Assembly (NCBI GenBank): GCA_964252035.1
Contig: CAXUOO010000219.1
Source: Podarcis erhardii
Taxonomy: Eukaryota
Reading direction: 5' to 3' (one strand)
Length of the DNA: 64,000 nt
This document shows positions 25,616 to 36,300 of this stretch, in pieces. The notes beneath the pieces are model-generated. The model saw nothing but the letters and a program-made list of their open reading frames with translations, did not search any database and had not been told where the DNA came from. The first letter of the stretch is position 1, and each line of letters begins with the position of its first letter. The position numbers were made by a program, and so were the translations under genes.

Positions 25616-27134
25616 CTGCCGATGAAGTTTGAGGTGTTGTAGACTCGTTGCTAGATGGTCTGTCGAGCCGTGCAGAAAAATTACCTGAATCAGCAGAATG
25701 CGTTATGTCTAATGCGTGTGTAAGGATAACATACAAGTGTGTACGTATTTCATGGATATAGATTGTGTGCATGCTATGGAATGTGGTAATTATGCATCAC
25801 CGAGATAGTGTACGCGCGAATTTAAGTCAATCAATTCTTGCGCCCAGAAGCCACGCTAATAAGCGTATATAGATTCAAACCCTAAAGGTGGACTTACTTG
25901 TGCAGCGATCAATTAGATGGTTGGTGAGACAACATCGGATTCTATACTCGCGATACCAATGTCAAATATGCATTTGCTAAGCTTTCTTATATTGCTGCAC
26001 CATGAATGATAACAATAAACTGCATGTGGATGCTCTGGATATTTGTTATGCTGCTACCGCCTCTAGCAGTGTAGCAGCGGAACAAGCATGTGGCGAGGGG
26101 TACTTTAGTTGCAAAAGCCAAACTGAATGCGATTTTGCACTGTTGGTGCGAAGCAATGTGGATATATTTAATCAATTCTCGCTGCGGCTAGTGCGGCTAC
26201 CTTACAAGCTTGAATGTCTCTCGCTGTATTTGTTGCACTGGTAAGTCAACAAAGTTTGTTGTAGCGTAATATCGTTTCCATGGAAAAGCAGGAAGCAGTG
26301 TCAATGCCAGCACTGGTATCATGCTGCGACGGCAGTGTATGTGGGTAATACTGCAGGACGTTCCTTTACACAAACAACTTCTGCAAATAAGCTTGTTTCT
26401 GCTGTCTATTTGATTGAAGAGCTAGAATCTAGCTTACGGCAAATGATAAAATGCCGCCGTCTTTGCTTTCTACGCTTCTCTTTCCATTCGTCTTCTGCTG
26501 ACGCTCGCCGTCTGCTACCGCCTTGAAATGCTGACGTTGCCAATTTATGCGTTTCCGTCGCAGCACTAGCACCCTCCAGGCATCAGACCTAATTGAAGCA
26601 GCGGCTATTCCACTTCCTACTGCACGCATGTCACCAGGTTCTTCACCGTAGTTTGCATGCAGTAGCACTTCTAGCAATTTTTCCTGAAAAACAAGAGAAA
26701 CGAAGAAAGATACACGACCATTGCATCGCGCATGAGACTATGTCTTCGATTATATAAGCGGAAAGGATTTGGTGTGATTTCTCGGCAGTTTTCGCATGCC
26801 TGTAGAACATGTGTGCAGCGTAGCTTTTAAAATTTAACGAAAGGAAAATCAGCATGTATAACTGATAAACCCCTTGGTCTCGAAGATTTGACAGAACGGC
26901 GAAAATATAATGCATCCATCGTTTCAAGGTTTGGTTTTTTACAAAGAACTGTGAAAAGGTCTACCTTAGAAGACAAACGAAACAAACGTGTGAAGTCTCT
27001 TGCTCTCTTTCACCCACAAACAGCGTCATCGGCGTCTCCTTGACCTAGGGGATTGGATGGAAGATTGCCAAAATTTTTGGCGCCAAAGCGAGTGTTGCAG
27101 TATCCAAAAACAACATTTACATCATCACAAACAG

Positions 27135-30100
27135 CTATGTGTGTATCAGCACACATATATGACTGAAGTCATCTAAATGCTCACTGTGCAGTCGTACCTC
27201 TGTCTTGCCGGCTGCTATTTTCTCATCTATCACATCGTACTGCTCCACCTCTGCTATAGCACCAACTAGTGCTGCTGTTACTGAAACCGCTTGCGCCGCG
27301 CCAGGTATCTCCGCTGCTGTCTCTTCTGGAGAGCATTTTAATGTTGCTCGAAGGTCATTCTGAAGTGTATCGTCAGCATCTGCTGCAGCAGCACCTGATT
27401 CTGTTGGGTCCACGTTCAACACTACTAAGCAGTGATCCCACAAGTGCGAACGTAGCAGAAGCAGCAGCACTCGCAGCTGCTCCTCGACCGTTTTCAGGCC
27501 AACGAGAAGATTGCCAGCAAGACCTTCCACAAAAAATGCTCCAGCGGCTGTCGCCTCCAAGTTCGACTCCATATCTCTGTCAGCCACTGCAATAACAGCA
27601 CTGGTATCTACTTGACGTGCTTTACTAATGGAATTCCCAGTGCTGTATATGTTTTCTGTATGATAGGTTTCTGGCACAGCAGTAGTACCAACTACCTTTG
27701 CAACAGCTGCATCTGCTTCTGGTGCTGTCACTGCAGCACTGGAAGAGTGACTCTGTAACAAGCACGTTTGCGTAAGGGGTCTGGAAGCAGGAGCCACTGA
27801 GGCTGCAGTAAAGGCGCAGCACGGTATTTGCTGATACTGCTGCAGTGATTGCTGGTCGCTCTTTTGGCCCAGAACCGAATCCTTCAACTCCGTAGCAAGG
27901 CTCTCAGTCTGAGGTGCTCGAGCAGCAGCTGCATATAATTCAGCGTCCAGTATAAAACGACTGCTGTTGCCTGCCTCTAGGTCACGCTGCAGCTGCTGAA
28001 CTGACGGTAAGAAAAGCCATCGTTTTTGATGCGCTTGCAGATCTTCATCGGTTTCACGACAAATTTCCGCATCGACCATCGGCTGCTGTAAAGGGCTGCT
28101 GCGCCACAGCGGCTGTTGCGGCGGTAGTTGATGTGGGGTGCTTTTGACGGGATCATCAGTAGACAAACTATCAGGAATGCAAGCGTAATACTCCCACGGC
28201 AGCGGAAAGGATTGCTCTGCCTGGTGCACCTCCTGTTCCAAACACTGCACGAGTTGCTGGTGATGCTGCTGCATGCTCTCCTCTTTTGGCTGCTCAAGAC
28301 TGCTTCGTTGCTTTTCTTGCAGCTCCTGCTGCTCCTGCTCGAAGCTTCTGAGACAGTACGATCGGAGAGGGGCGGAAAAATTCAAAGCGTTAGGCTGAGA
28401 TTCTGGCTGACCGAGATAGGAGACAGAAGCAACAGATTCTTCAACCACACTGGTCACAGCATCCCATAACGGCCCGCAGTTATGGAGCGTAGCACCGGCT
28501 GCAATGAGCGGTTCTTTTTTTGGGCTGCTCGCGCAGCATGACGACTCTGACCTTAACCGTGTTGTGGGTGTTGCCTCACATGCTCCCGTCAGTCCAGCTG
28601 AAACCAAGTTTGTTCGCATATTTGTCAAGCCACTTGTTTGCAGAAAAGAAGCAGGCTCGAATAAACCAAACAGCGAGCCTTGATCAGCAGCAGCTGCTGC
28701 TGCTGGTGCTGTCGTTGTTGCCGCTGATGCTGCTGCGACTGGTAACGCAGTAGTTGTCGCTGAATTTGCATGGTGGCTAGTTTCTTTTTCGTCGCTGCAC
28801 ACGATGTTGCTGAGAGGCCGCGCGTTATTACTCGCATCAAGCGCAGCCTGTTGAAAGTGCAAGTACGAGAACTGCTGTTCACTCGCTTGTGAAGGGCAGG
28901 GCAACTGAAGTGGTGCTTCCATGCTTTTCTCGTGCTGCCGCTGCAGTTGCAGCAGCCAGGAATGCTCCGCTTCCGCTCCCGTTTTCTGTATGGAGTCCTG
29001 AAGAGTAGACGGTGACCTATGCGCTAACTCTGCTTCCGTTTCACTAAACTTTTTGGATGCTGGTGCTGGCGGTTGAACGACGCTACACAGTGCGGGTGGT
29101 GGCGACGAGCCCGTATACAAAAATAGTGAGGAACCCTGCGCATCGCTGCAGCTGTTGACTGTGCAGGCAGCGACATCAAGTGGCGGTGAAGAAACAAATA
29201 GCGTGCAGTCCCCTACCCCAGAAGCAGGAGCCGTAGTAGAGTCATCCAACCTTGTGGAGGTGCCTGCAGCTAGTGGGACTGCTACAGCGCGTCGAGTGTC
29301 ATTGTTTTGATAGTTCAATCCCGTAGTTGAACCCCGGCTAATCACAACGTCGTCGAATCCGTCGTCTCCAATCACCGCAGCAAGAGCAGATGATAAATTG
29401 GCATCTTCTTCGTAAGAGTGTGGATAATAATGGTTTTTGGCTATCAAACTGTTCTGGGCAGCGCCACTCTCGTCATCACTGCCGAAGAGAGAAGATTGCC
29501 ATATGCCACCGTTGTTGAATAAACTTACAAAACGCCTGCGGGAGTTGCAACTAAGCCTGCTTCTAGTCAGTGTCTTACTCTCGCAAAAGTTGCTGCTGCT
29601 GGAGTCGCTGCGTAGCCTCTGCAGTTCAATGTCACGCTGCAATGCTTTGTCTGTCAAAGTGAATGCACAGGGTTGTTGTGAAAGTGCGGGCGGTGATTGC
29701 TGATACACGTCAACTGCGTTCGTAGCTTCTGTATTCTGCTCGCTGTCAAAGAGGCGTTGAAGGGGTTGCTGATGCAGTTTCTCGGGCTGCACCCCCATGG
29801 TGTAGCCCCGGTGTTGTAGCTTATGCTGCGCGAGTACATTTGTTGAAGCGCTCTTATCGAGGCAACTCATGTTACTGCAGCGACTGCTGCTATCTCGTGA
29901 CTCTTTTCGACTGCTGCTAGTGCTGTCGCTGTTTCCGGGGACAAGTCTGCCACTATGAGGACTACTCGAGTCTTCGCTGCATCCTCTCGTTGCACGTTGC
30001 TGATGCTGTCTGATCGTCAATGAGTCTGTCGCTGCAACTGCTGTTTCGAGTGTGGCCGGATACCAGCGTTCTCCAAAAAAGGAGGAGACAGCGGGCTCGG

Positions 30101-31778
30101 GTAAACTTGTGCAAGCGAGCCGTTCCGAAAAGATGCTGCTTTTTTCCTCAGTCGTTTTTCCCTGTGCACCAAACCAATATTGAGACTTCACCTGTTGCCG
30201 AGATGTTACCTGGTTTTTAGAAAAGTTGTAAGGAGGGTGTAGAAACTCAAGGGGGTTTGTAAAACTTGCCTGATGCTGCTGCTGACATTGGGAATACTGC
30301 AGCGTTTTTTGGTGAGGCTGCTCAAGTTGTTCAGGCTGCTCCTGGTGGAAATGCTTGGACGGCTCTTGGACCGAATGCGGTTGAGAATCGTGTATTTGTG
30401 GAGGCTCGTGCTGTTGCAGGACGTACGTTTGCAGTTCTGACTGGCTGCTGTAGTTCGGCTGCCCGGCACTCAAACTGTTCCCCGCTTCACCACAAAGGAA
30501 GGGGAAGCTGGCCACTTCTGCTTCTTCCTTTGCTGCCGGCGTTCTCGCTGCACAAAAAGCAGCCATCGTCTTTGCCGGTGGCCATATTGCTGCAGCAGAA
30601 TCGCCGCCTAGCAGCAGCGCTGAAACCTGCATCAACACATCGTCTTGCTGCTGCAGACACACGTTTTCCTCAGAGGTGTGAAGAGCCCTGATACAGACAG
30701 AGGCAGCTTCCTTTGTCACTCGCTCTCGCTCCCCCGTTGATGCCGCTGCCTCTTTTGCTTCTGTCTCGCTGTTTGGCTCTACCCATTGGGTCTGCTGGCC
30801 CTCGTAGTTGCGTGATGCGTTTTGCTCACTTGCAGAAGCTGCTGATCTGCCAGCAATGGGAGAGACTCGCGTTTCAAAGTTAAGCACACCTGCATCGTTT
30901 TGCGTAGAAACTTGTCTTCCTAGTTGTCCTCCTTCAGCACACGAAACTCCACCCAGGCGGTGCTGAAGAGCCACTGCTTCTTGCTGTCCTCCTAGCACTT
31001 CTGACTGCTCTCGTGTCGCTAACGTGGCTGCGGCTTCTTCAAAGGCTGAGCTCTGCGTAAGGCAGGCAAACACAGTCCCGCCACTCCCCCCCCCATCCTT
31101 CAAAGTCAGAGAGACTGGGGTCCCTTGTTTGGGCCTGCAGCAGGTTGCTGAAGTGCGTGTGAAACCCTTTGACTCCTCCACTAGCAACGTGGCAATTGCT
31201 GCCTCGGCAGTGCGGGGCGAAGCAGCACAGGCTGGCGCAGAAGCTGTCGATGCCTCTGATTGTTCTGGTGCAGTAGTAGAATGCAGACGAGGCCTCCTTT
31301 TGCAGGTGCTGCTAGTTTTAAGCTGCTGCTGTTGCTGTTCTCGACTTGAGTGTTCCTGCTGTTTTTGCAAGTGGGGGGGCAAGTGACCAGTCCGCAAGCG
31401 AAAGAAGGCAGCACTCGTAGTGGTTGCTGTTGCTGTTTCGGCTCCGTTACTGCGCGGAAAATAGGCTCGCTGACTCGGCGCTTTGCAAGCAGAAAAGAGA
31501 GGCGGTCTCACAGTCTCTTTGGACGGCACGACTGTTGTGTCTATATCCGCTGCCCCACTGCTGCTGTCGCTGCCTCCTGGATTTCTTCTAATCGCTGTGG
31601 TGAGGCGACTGAAGTCAGCAGCATAGACAGGGCAGAACGGAAAGCGAAGCAGTTGCGGGGTGCATGCGCGCCTCTCGTTGCGTGTGAGATTGCAATGGGA
31701 TATTGCAAGCGTGCTCAATGCAGATATATAATACATATATATGTACGTGTGTTCATGCGGTAGTGTGTTTTCCGGCAA
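27135..31778 (-). CDS. Very large low-complexity (Q/S/A-rich) hypothetical coding exon, 1547 codons; probably entered by a splice acceptor at 31608 rather than the ORF-track ATG
   Basis: 4.6 kb without a stop. The first ~57 codons look non-coding (HTYIYMYY) and end in a pyrimidine tract plus ctgac..ttcag. The C-terminal ~120 aa are ordered and helical-looking (LRVLLLLLRSHLWDHCLVVL). Confidence 0.8.
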   Translation of the reverse strand: MPENTLPHEHTYIYMYYISALSTLAISHCNLTRNERRACTPQLLRFPFCPVYAADFSRLTTAIRRNPGGSDSSSGAADIDTTVVPSKETVRPPLFSACKAPSQRAYFPRSNGAETATATTTSAAFFRLRTGHLPPHLQKQQEHSSREQQQQQLKTSSTCKRRPRLHSTTAPEQSEASTASAPACAASPRTAEAAIATLLVEESKGFTRTSATCCRPKQGTPVSLTLKDGGGSGGTVFACLTQSSAFEEAAATLATREQSEVLGGQQEAVALQHRLGGVSCAEGGQLGRQVSTQNDAGVLNFETRVSPIAGRSAASASEQNASRNYEGQQTQWVEPNSETEAKEAAASTGERERVTKEAASVCIRALHTSEENVCLQQQDDVLMQVSALLLGGDSAAAIWPPAKTMAAFCAARTPAAKEEAEVASFPFLCGEAGNSLSAGQPNYSSQSELQTYVLQQHEPPQIHDSQPHSVQEPSKHFHQEQPEQLEQPHQKTLQYSQCQQQHQASFTNPLEFLHPPYNFSKNQVTSRQQVKSQYWFGAQGKTTEEKSSIFSERLACTSLPEPAVSSFFGERWYPATLETAVAATDSLTIRQHQQRATRGCSEDSSSPHSGRLVPGNSDSTSSSRKESRDSSSRCSNMSCLDKSASTNVLAQHKLQHRGYTMGVQPEKLHQQPLQRLFDSEQNTEATNAVDVYQQSPPALSQQPCAFTLTDKALQRDIELQRLRSDSSSSNFCESKTLTRSRLSCNSRRRFVSLFNNGGIWQSSLFGSDDESGAAQNSLIAKNHYYPHSYEEDANLSSALAAVIGDDGFDDVVISRGSTTGLNYQNNDTRRAVAVPLAAGTSTRLDDSTTAPASGVGDCTLFVSSPPLDVAACTVNSCSDAQGSSLFLYTGSSPPPALCSVVQPPAPASKKFSETEAELAHRSPSTLQDSIQKTGAEAEHSWLLQLQRQHEKSMEAPLQLPCPSQASEQQFSYLHFQQAALDASNNARPLSNIVCSDEKETSHHANSATTTALPVAAASAATTTAPAAAAAADQGSLFGLFEPASFLQTSGLTNMRTNLVSAGLTGACEATPTTRLRSESSCCASSPKKEPLIAAGATLHNCGPLWDAVTSVVEESVASVSYLGQPESQPNALNFSAPLRSYCLRSFEQEQQELQEKQRSSLEQPKEESMQQHHQQLVQCLEQEVHQAEQSFPLPWEYYACIPDSLSTDDPVKSTPHQLPPQQPLWRSSPLQQPMVDAEICRETDEDLQAHQKRWLFLPSVQQLQRDLEAGNSSRFILDAELYAAAARAPQTESLATELKDSVLGQKSDQQSLQQYQQIPCCAFTAASVAPASRPLTQTCLLQSHSSSAAVTAPEADAAVAKVVGTTAVPETYHTENIYSTGNSISKARQVDTSAVIAVADRDMESNLEATAAGAFFVEGLAGNLLVGLKTVEEQLRVLLLLLRSHLWDHCLVVLNVDPTESGAAAADADDTLQNDLRATLKCSPEETAAEIPGAAQAVSVTAALVGAIAEVEQYDVIDEKIAAGKTEVRLHSEHLDDFSHICVLIHT

Positions 31779-32078
31779 ATTGTATTCGAAGACAGCTATG
31801 TCTGCAAAGGCTGGATAAAATATGCATTGATATTTCTATATTCGGAAGCAGCTATGCAAAACAACCTGTTCATACAAAACACGTGGGGAAGAGGGGGGTG
31901 CGTGCGGCGCGCATTTGTAGACACTTGATGAATATTTGGTAACTTCTGATCACAAGCCTCTGGCGCTTAACTCGAGGTAACACAAAATTCACGGCCTGCT
32001 CTGTACAGTGGACGCCACAAGGCGCCTATAACCAAAACCGCTAAACTTCTATCCCGCAAGCCTACATGACCATGATAG

Positions 32079-32084
<6 letters not shown>

Positions 32085-32110
<26 letters not shown>
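32085..32110. repeat. (TA)n microsatellite
   Basis: Direct reading. Confidence 0.9.
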
Positions 32111-32115
<5 letters not shown>

Positions 32116-33394
32116 GATGCATTTTTTTACAAAATACTTGCACAGTGGCGTATATATACATATATGTATACGTCTAGAAATATATACATATATATATTTA
32201 CACTATCAGCACAATCAGCAAATCGATCTCTATGCATGAATACGAGTATAATTGCTAACCAGAGTGCAGATGATAACAGATGCTACTCAAGGAGCGCTCC
32301 ATAATACGCCTTCCAAGGAAGGAAGTCGGGTTAATTCGTGTTTTAGTAGGAAAGCTCGCTTGAATGCATACGTCACCGTTATTGCAGACAACAAGAAAGA
32401 TGGATATATAAGCCTACAATGTAATATTGTTACACAGGCATCTCATCCGTGTCATAATTTTGAGTGGTACTAGTGTCTGTCAGACCTGCACAGACTCTTT
32501 AGCTGTATTGATAGGCTTGAAGGACCGAATGCGTAATGGGCCAATTTCATGAATGGAGCGTGCATTTAGTCATCTAAACAGTCGGTACTTTCATAAAGCA
32601 GGATACATATTATATATATATATATATATATATGTATATACTTATACGTACTACAATCGTATACATTCTCCATTCTCTTTGTATCAAAGCAAAATATGTA
32701 CGTATATTCATATTCGAACGTGTTCAGTTCTTCACTCGATCAAGACAGACGGGGTTTTTGAAGATCGGCGTATCGACAATCGACGCTCACGAATGCAAAA
32801 GTGCTACGCAGTTCTGGATTAATTACGGGGGACAAGATGTAAATGGATTGATATATACACATGCGTTGATTCAAACAGGTTTTCGGATGAAATAGATAAT
32901 TGATGTGATACATCTGAACAATTCGATGCGGGCATCCACTTTGGTGGACATATAGTTGACTTCTACGCAATATAATCCTTTGCAGTAAATTTTTTTTCGT
33001 AATACCTGCTTATAAGCCACTTATTCTGTTGTACGCATTTATTTGCATATACATGTAAGATATATAATATGTGTATTCATACATTTTTGACCAACAATGT
33101 ACTGACCTATATCTGTGTATCTGTATTAAAAACAGTAGAATATATATATATTTATATGTTAGGCTAAACGTAGCATTAAGTCATAGATCAGTAATACGTT
33201 GGATTGGTGCACGCATGTAAGTTGTCTAGAGAACTCCTCTTCTTCGTTATGAAATATACGTCTCATAACGTGACCGTAGCAGTCGGATATGTATACGTAG
33301 ACAATTCTAAGTAAATTCAAATCTTCGCCATTTTCGAAATATACAAAGTGATTCACGGGAAACTGGAACTGCAACTAATTTGCGATAGACGCAC

Positions 33395-36300
33395 CTTTGG
33401 TGTCCGAAAGCTTCAAAGTCATCCAAGTTGAAAAGTGGGGGAGATAAAAATAAAGGCTGCAGAAGCTTTAGTTTATCAGCGGGCAGTGGCGCTCCGTAGT
33501 CAAACTGCTGCGGGTCCATAGCAGGTACTCGTCTTTCACTCGCTTCATGATAAAAGCGCACAAGAACCCTCTAGGACATCCCCAAAATGACGCTGCTAAT
33601 GCATTTTGTTCATTCGTACAGGAGATGGTGTTGCGCTGCAGTTGCTGCTGCAGCTTATAAGTGCTTTTTAAGTCACTGCTGCTGCTTGTAATGTCTTTCT
33701 GATCGCCTTCTGAAGCAGTAGCAGTAGCACTGCTGCTAGCAGGCTTTTTGGGGGAACGCGGTGGGCGATAATCGATGCACGGCATTGTTTTGTAGTATGA
33801 TGGGTGATACAATTGTTCTTTGCTACCGTGAGAAAAGCTGCAGCGTGCGCTGAAAGAAAAGGCAGAAGTTAAACGAGAGCAAAATTCTTGACAGTTGACG
33901 GTATAAAAGTCCGTTAAAGCACTCTCCTTTCGCCAAGGGTAGACAAAAAGCAGCATCACGTAGCGGCACCGCTCCGCCATGCACGAAATCGTACCATCAA
34001 GCAGCACTTAAACAACGCTGAAGTGTTGGAAATGAATTGAAACAGCAGCACTAAAGAGTCGTGCCTGGATTTGCATGAGTGACAATCGCTCAAGCTGTGA
34101 AAAAATCCACCGACCTATTAATCTCACAGTGATTATAGAAGACTATCTTGTAAAGTCATGCGTTGAGCATATCGCAGTATATTGCTACGTAGTAGTATCC
34201 GCGATATTTTCCACCGCTGTTGCTTCCGGAAACTTCTTATATCTGCAGAGTACCTCTTGATGCCACCGTACTTTGGCTTTCCTTTCCTTTACCCTCTCAC
34301 ATTTTATTTTCACCTACTCAGTTTAAAAAATTTCCTGTTGCAGCACTTCCCGAAGGTGCTGCGTAACTACCAGATTTGCCGCTCAGTGAATCTGTGCAAT
34401 ATTCACTGTTGTGTGTGCTATTGTTACTGCTGCTGTTTTCCTGGTTGCTGCCATTATTCGTGCTGGGCATGGTTGTAGAGGTAATTAGCGCTGTCTTACC
34501 CGTACGGACAGCGTTCCTGGTAGTCTGCAGAGTGGACTTCTTTGACCCACGCAGGACAAGGCTCCGAGCCGTAGCCTACACAATATCACCAGTAGCAAGA
34601 GAGCGGGAGCAGGACCAGAATCAATATGCAACAGAGGTGAGGGCTTGCCCCTTCTGGTTTTCAACATTTAGTGTGATCCTTTCGCTCGTATATTTTTTTG
34701 GTGTGCAAATATTTATATGTGCGTTATGCCTCCTTGAAAAAGATGCAACATTACTTCTCACGTAAGGATCAATAAATATGAACTGTAAGTTTGTTATTCG
34801 CTGCGGCTTCTGCTGCAGGAGATGAGATGCCTTACAATATTTTTTGGCTGTTCTCTGATAGCATGAGTAGTCAAGGTGAAAAGCAAAAAACAAAGTAGAT
34901 CTGTCCGATGCTACTGCCGGGAAACGTTCGCTCGTTCACAAACACACTCAGATGTTAATGCTAGTGTGTGGCTCCTCACTTCAAACCTAGAGACGTTGTG
35001 CTAATTATCAGGTATCATTTCGTACTTGTGTATGATTTGTTGATATTGTAGATATGCTATTATGACCGCGGAAAAAATTTGCTGGAGAGCTGCAGCTGTA
35101 CAACGGAGCTACTAAGGGTTCCAGAACATTTTTATTCTTAAACAAGGCATACGGTCTGCAAAGCAAAATAAGATATAAATAGTTTACTTAGTATTCCTCG
35201 TTTAGTAAATATAGCTGCTTCGTATTTTTGTCGCTGTTTTGTTTTCAAAGCACTGCTGTTGCAGCGGCAGCTCCCAAGCCGAGTGTCTATACGGCAGTCG
35301 ACTTGGTTCACGAGAGATGCGCCGTACACACTAACTTGGAGCGTTTGCCGCTTTGTTTTGATCGCATCAATTTACAGTGCTGTTTTCCGCTAAGACTCTG
35401 CTTAAGGCGTGAAATCGGAGATCGAATGTGCCGATGCGCTCGTACTTTTGGTGTTGACGAGTGTAAACTTCCTACTCCTAATCTGTGGAGAAGAACGTTG
35501 GTGCTTCACAAGACGCCATTTGCTTTCTAAAAGTGATGAGGCTACCTTGAACCAGGTTTCGCTCAATGGTATCTACAAACTAATATAATCCACTTTTTCT
35601 GTATTACAGTAGTAGCGCGCTACCTTTAAAAAGCGTGCTTTGCACCCAGAGCTGTTGACTTTGCTTCGGCTGCTTCTTTTTTCGATCCCTGATGCGCTAA
35701 TGCTCCCCTTCTATGCTCTGTATACTGCTGGAAGATGCTGCCCTGTCACTACACGTCTGAAAACTTTGAGAAAACTCTAGCAAAACAATTCAGTTATCAC
35801 AACCCTACCAATAAGAGGACTCCGCCGACAATCTTGATATGTATGAGCATACACGCAGGTTCGCCAGTCATGCTGAGAGCCCGTAAGGACACCAAATGGT
35901 TTGATTTATTTACAAAAAAGCTTGCTGTCCGGATTTTTTCTTCTTCTTCTGTAAACAAAGCAGCGCGTATTTCATTTCTCGAATGTGCAAAGGCGCAGAA
36001 TGCACCACGCACACAATGGCGCCTCCGCCGCCTCCGCGTTTGTTTTGCTGCCGTTGTGTGTGCATGCGTCCGCCGGTCCGCGCGCATCACTGCTGCCTTC
36101 ACCCTAAATTCAATGAAAAGTGTGAACGAACAACAAAAAGGGTAAGTCTCGCAACGTCAGTGAAAATGCAGTACCTGTGGTTGGCGTCCACGATAATGCA
36201 CAGACGCGCATATGTATCACTATATTTCTCTGTACTCGTTCGTGTATGTGAGTACAAACTCATTTACACTACACCCATACGCTCCCAAGAAAAGCAGGAA

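Noticed and set aside
25877-25886. Telomere-like AAACCCT(AAA) heptamer
   Set aside because: Single occurrence, not an array; expected by chance.
26654-26661. Coccidian TGCATGCA motif (also 63040..63047)
   Set aside because: Isolated copies with no supported TSS nearby, so no regulatory role can be assigned.
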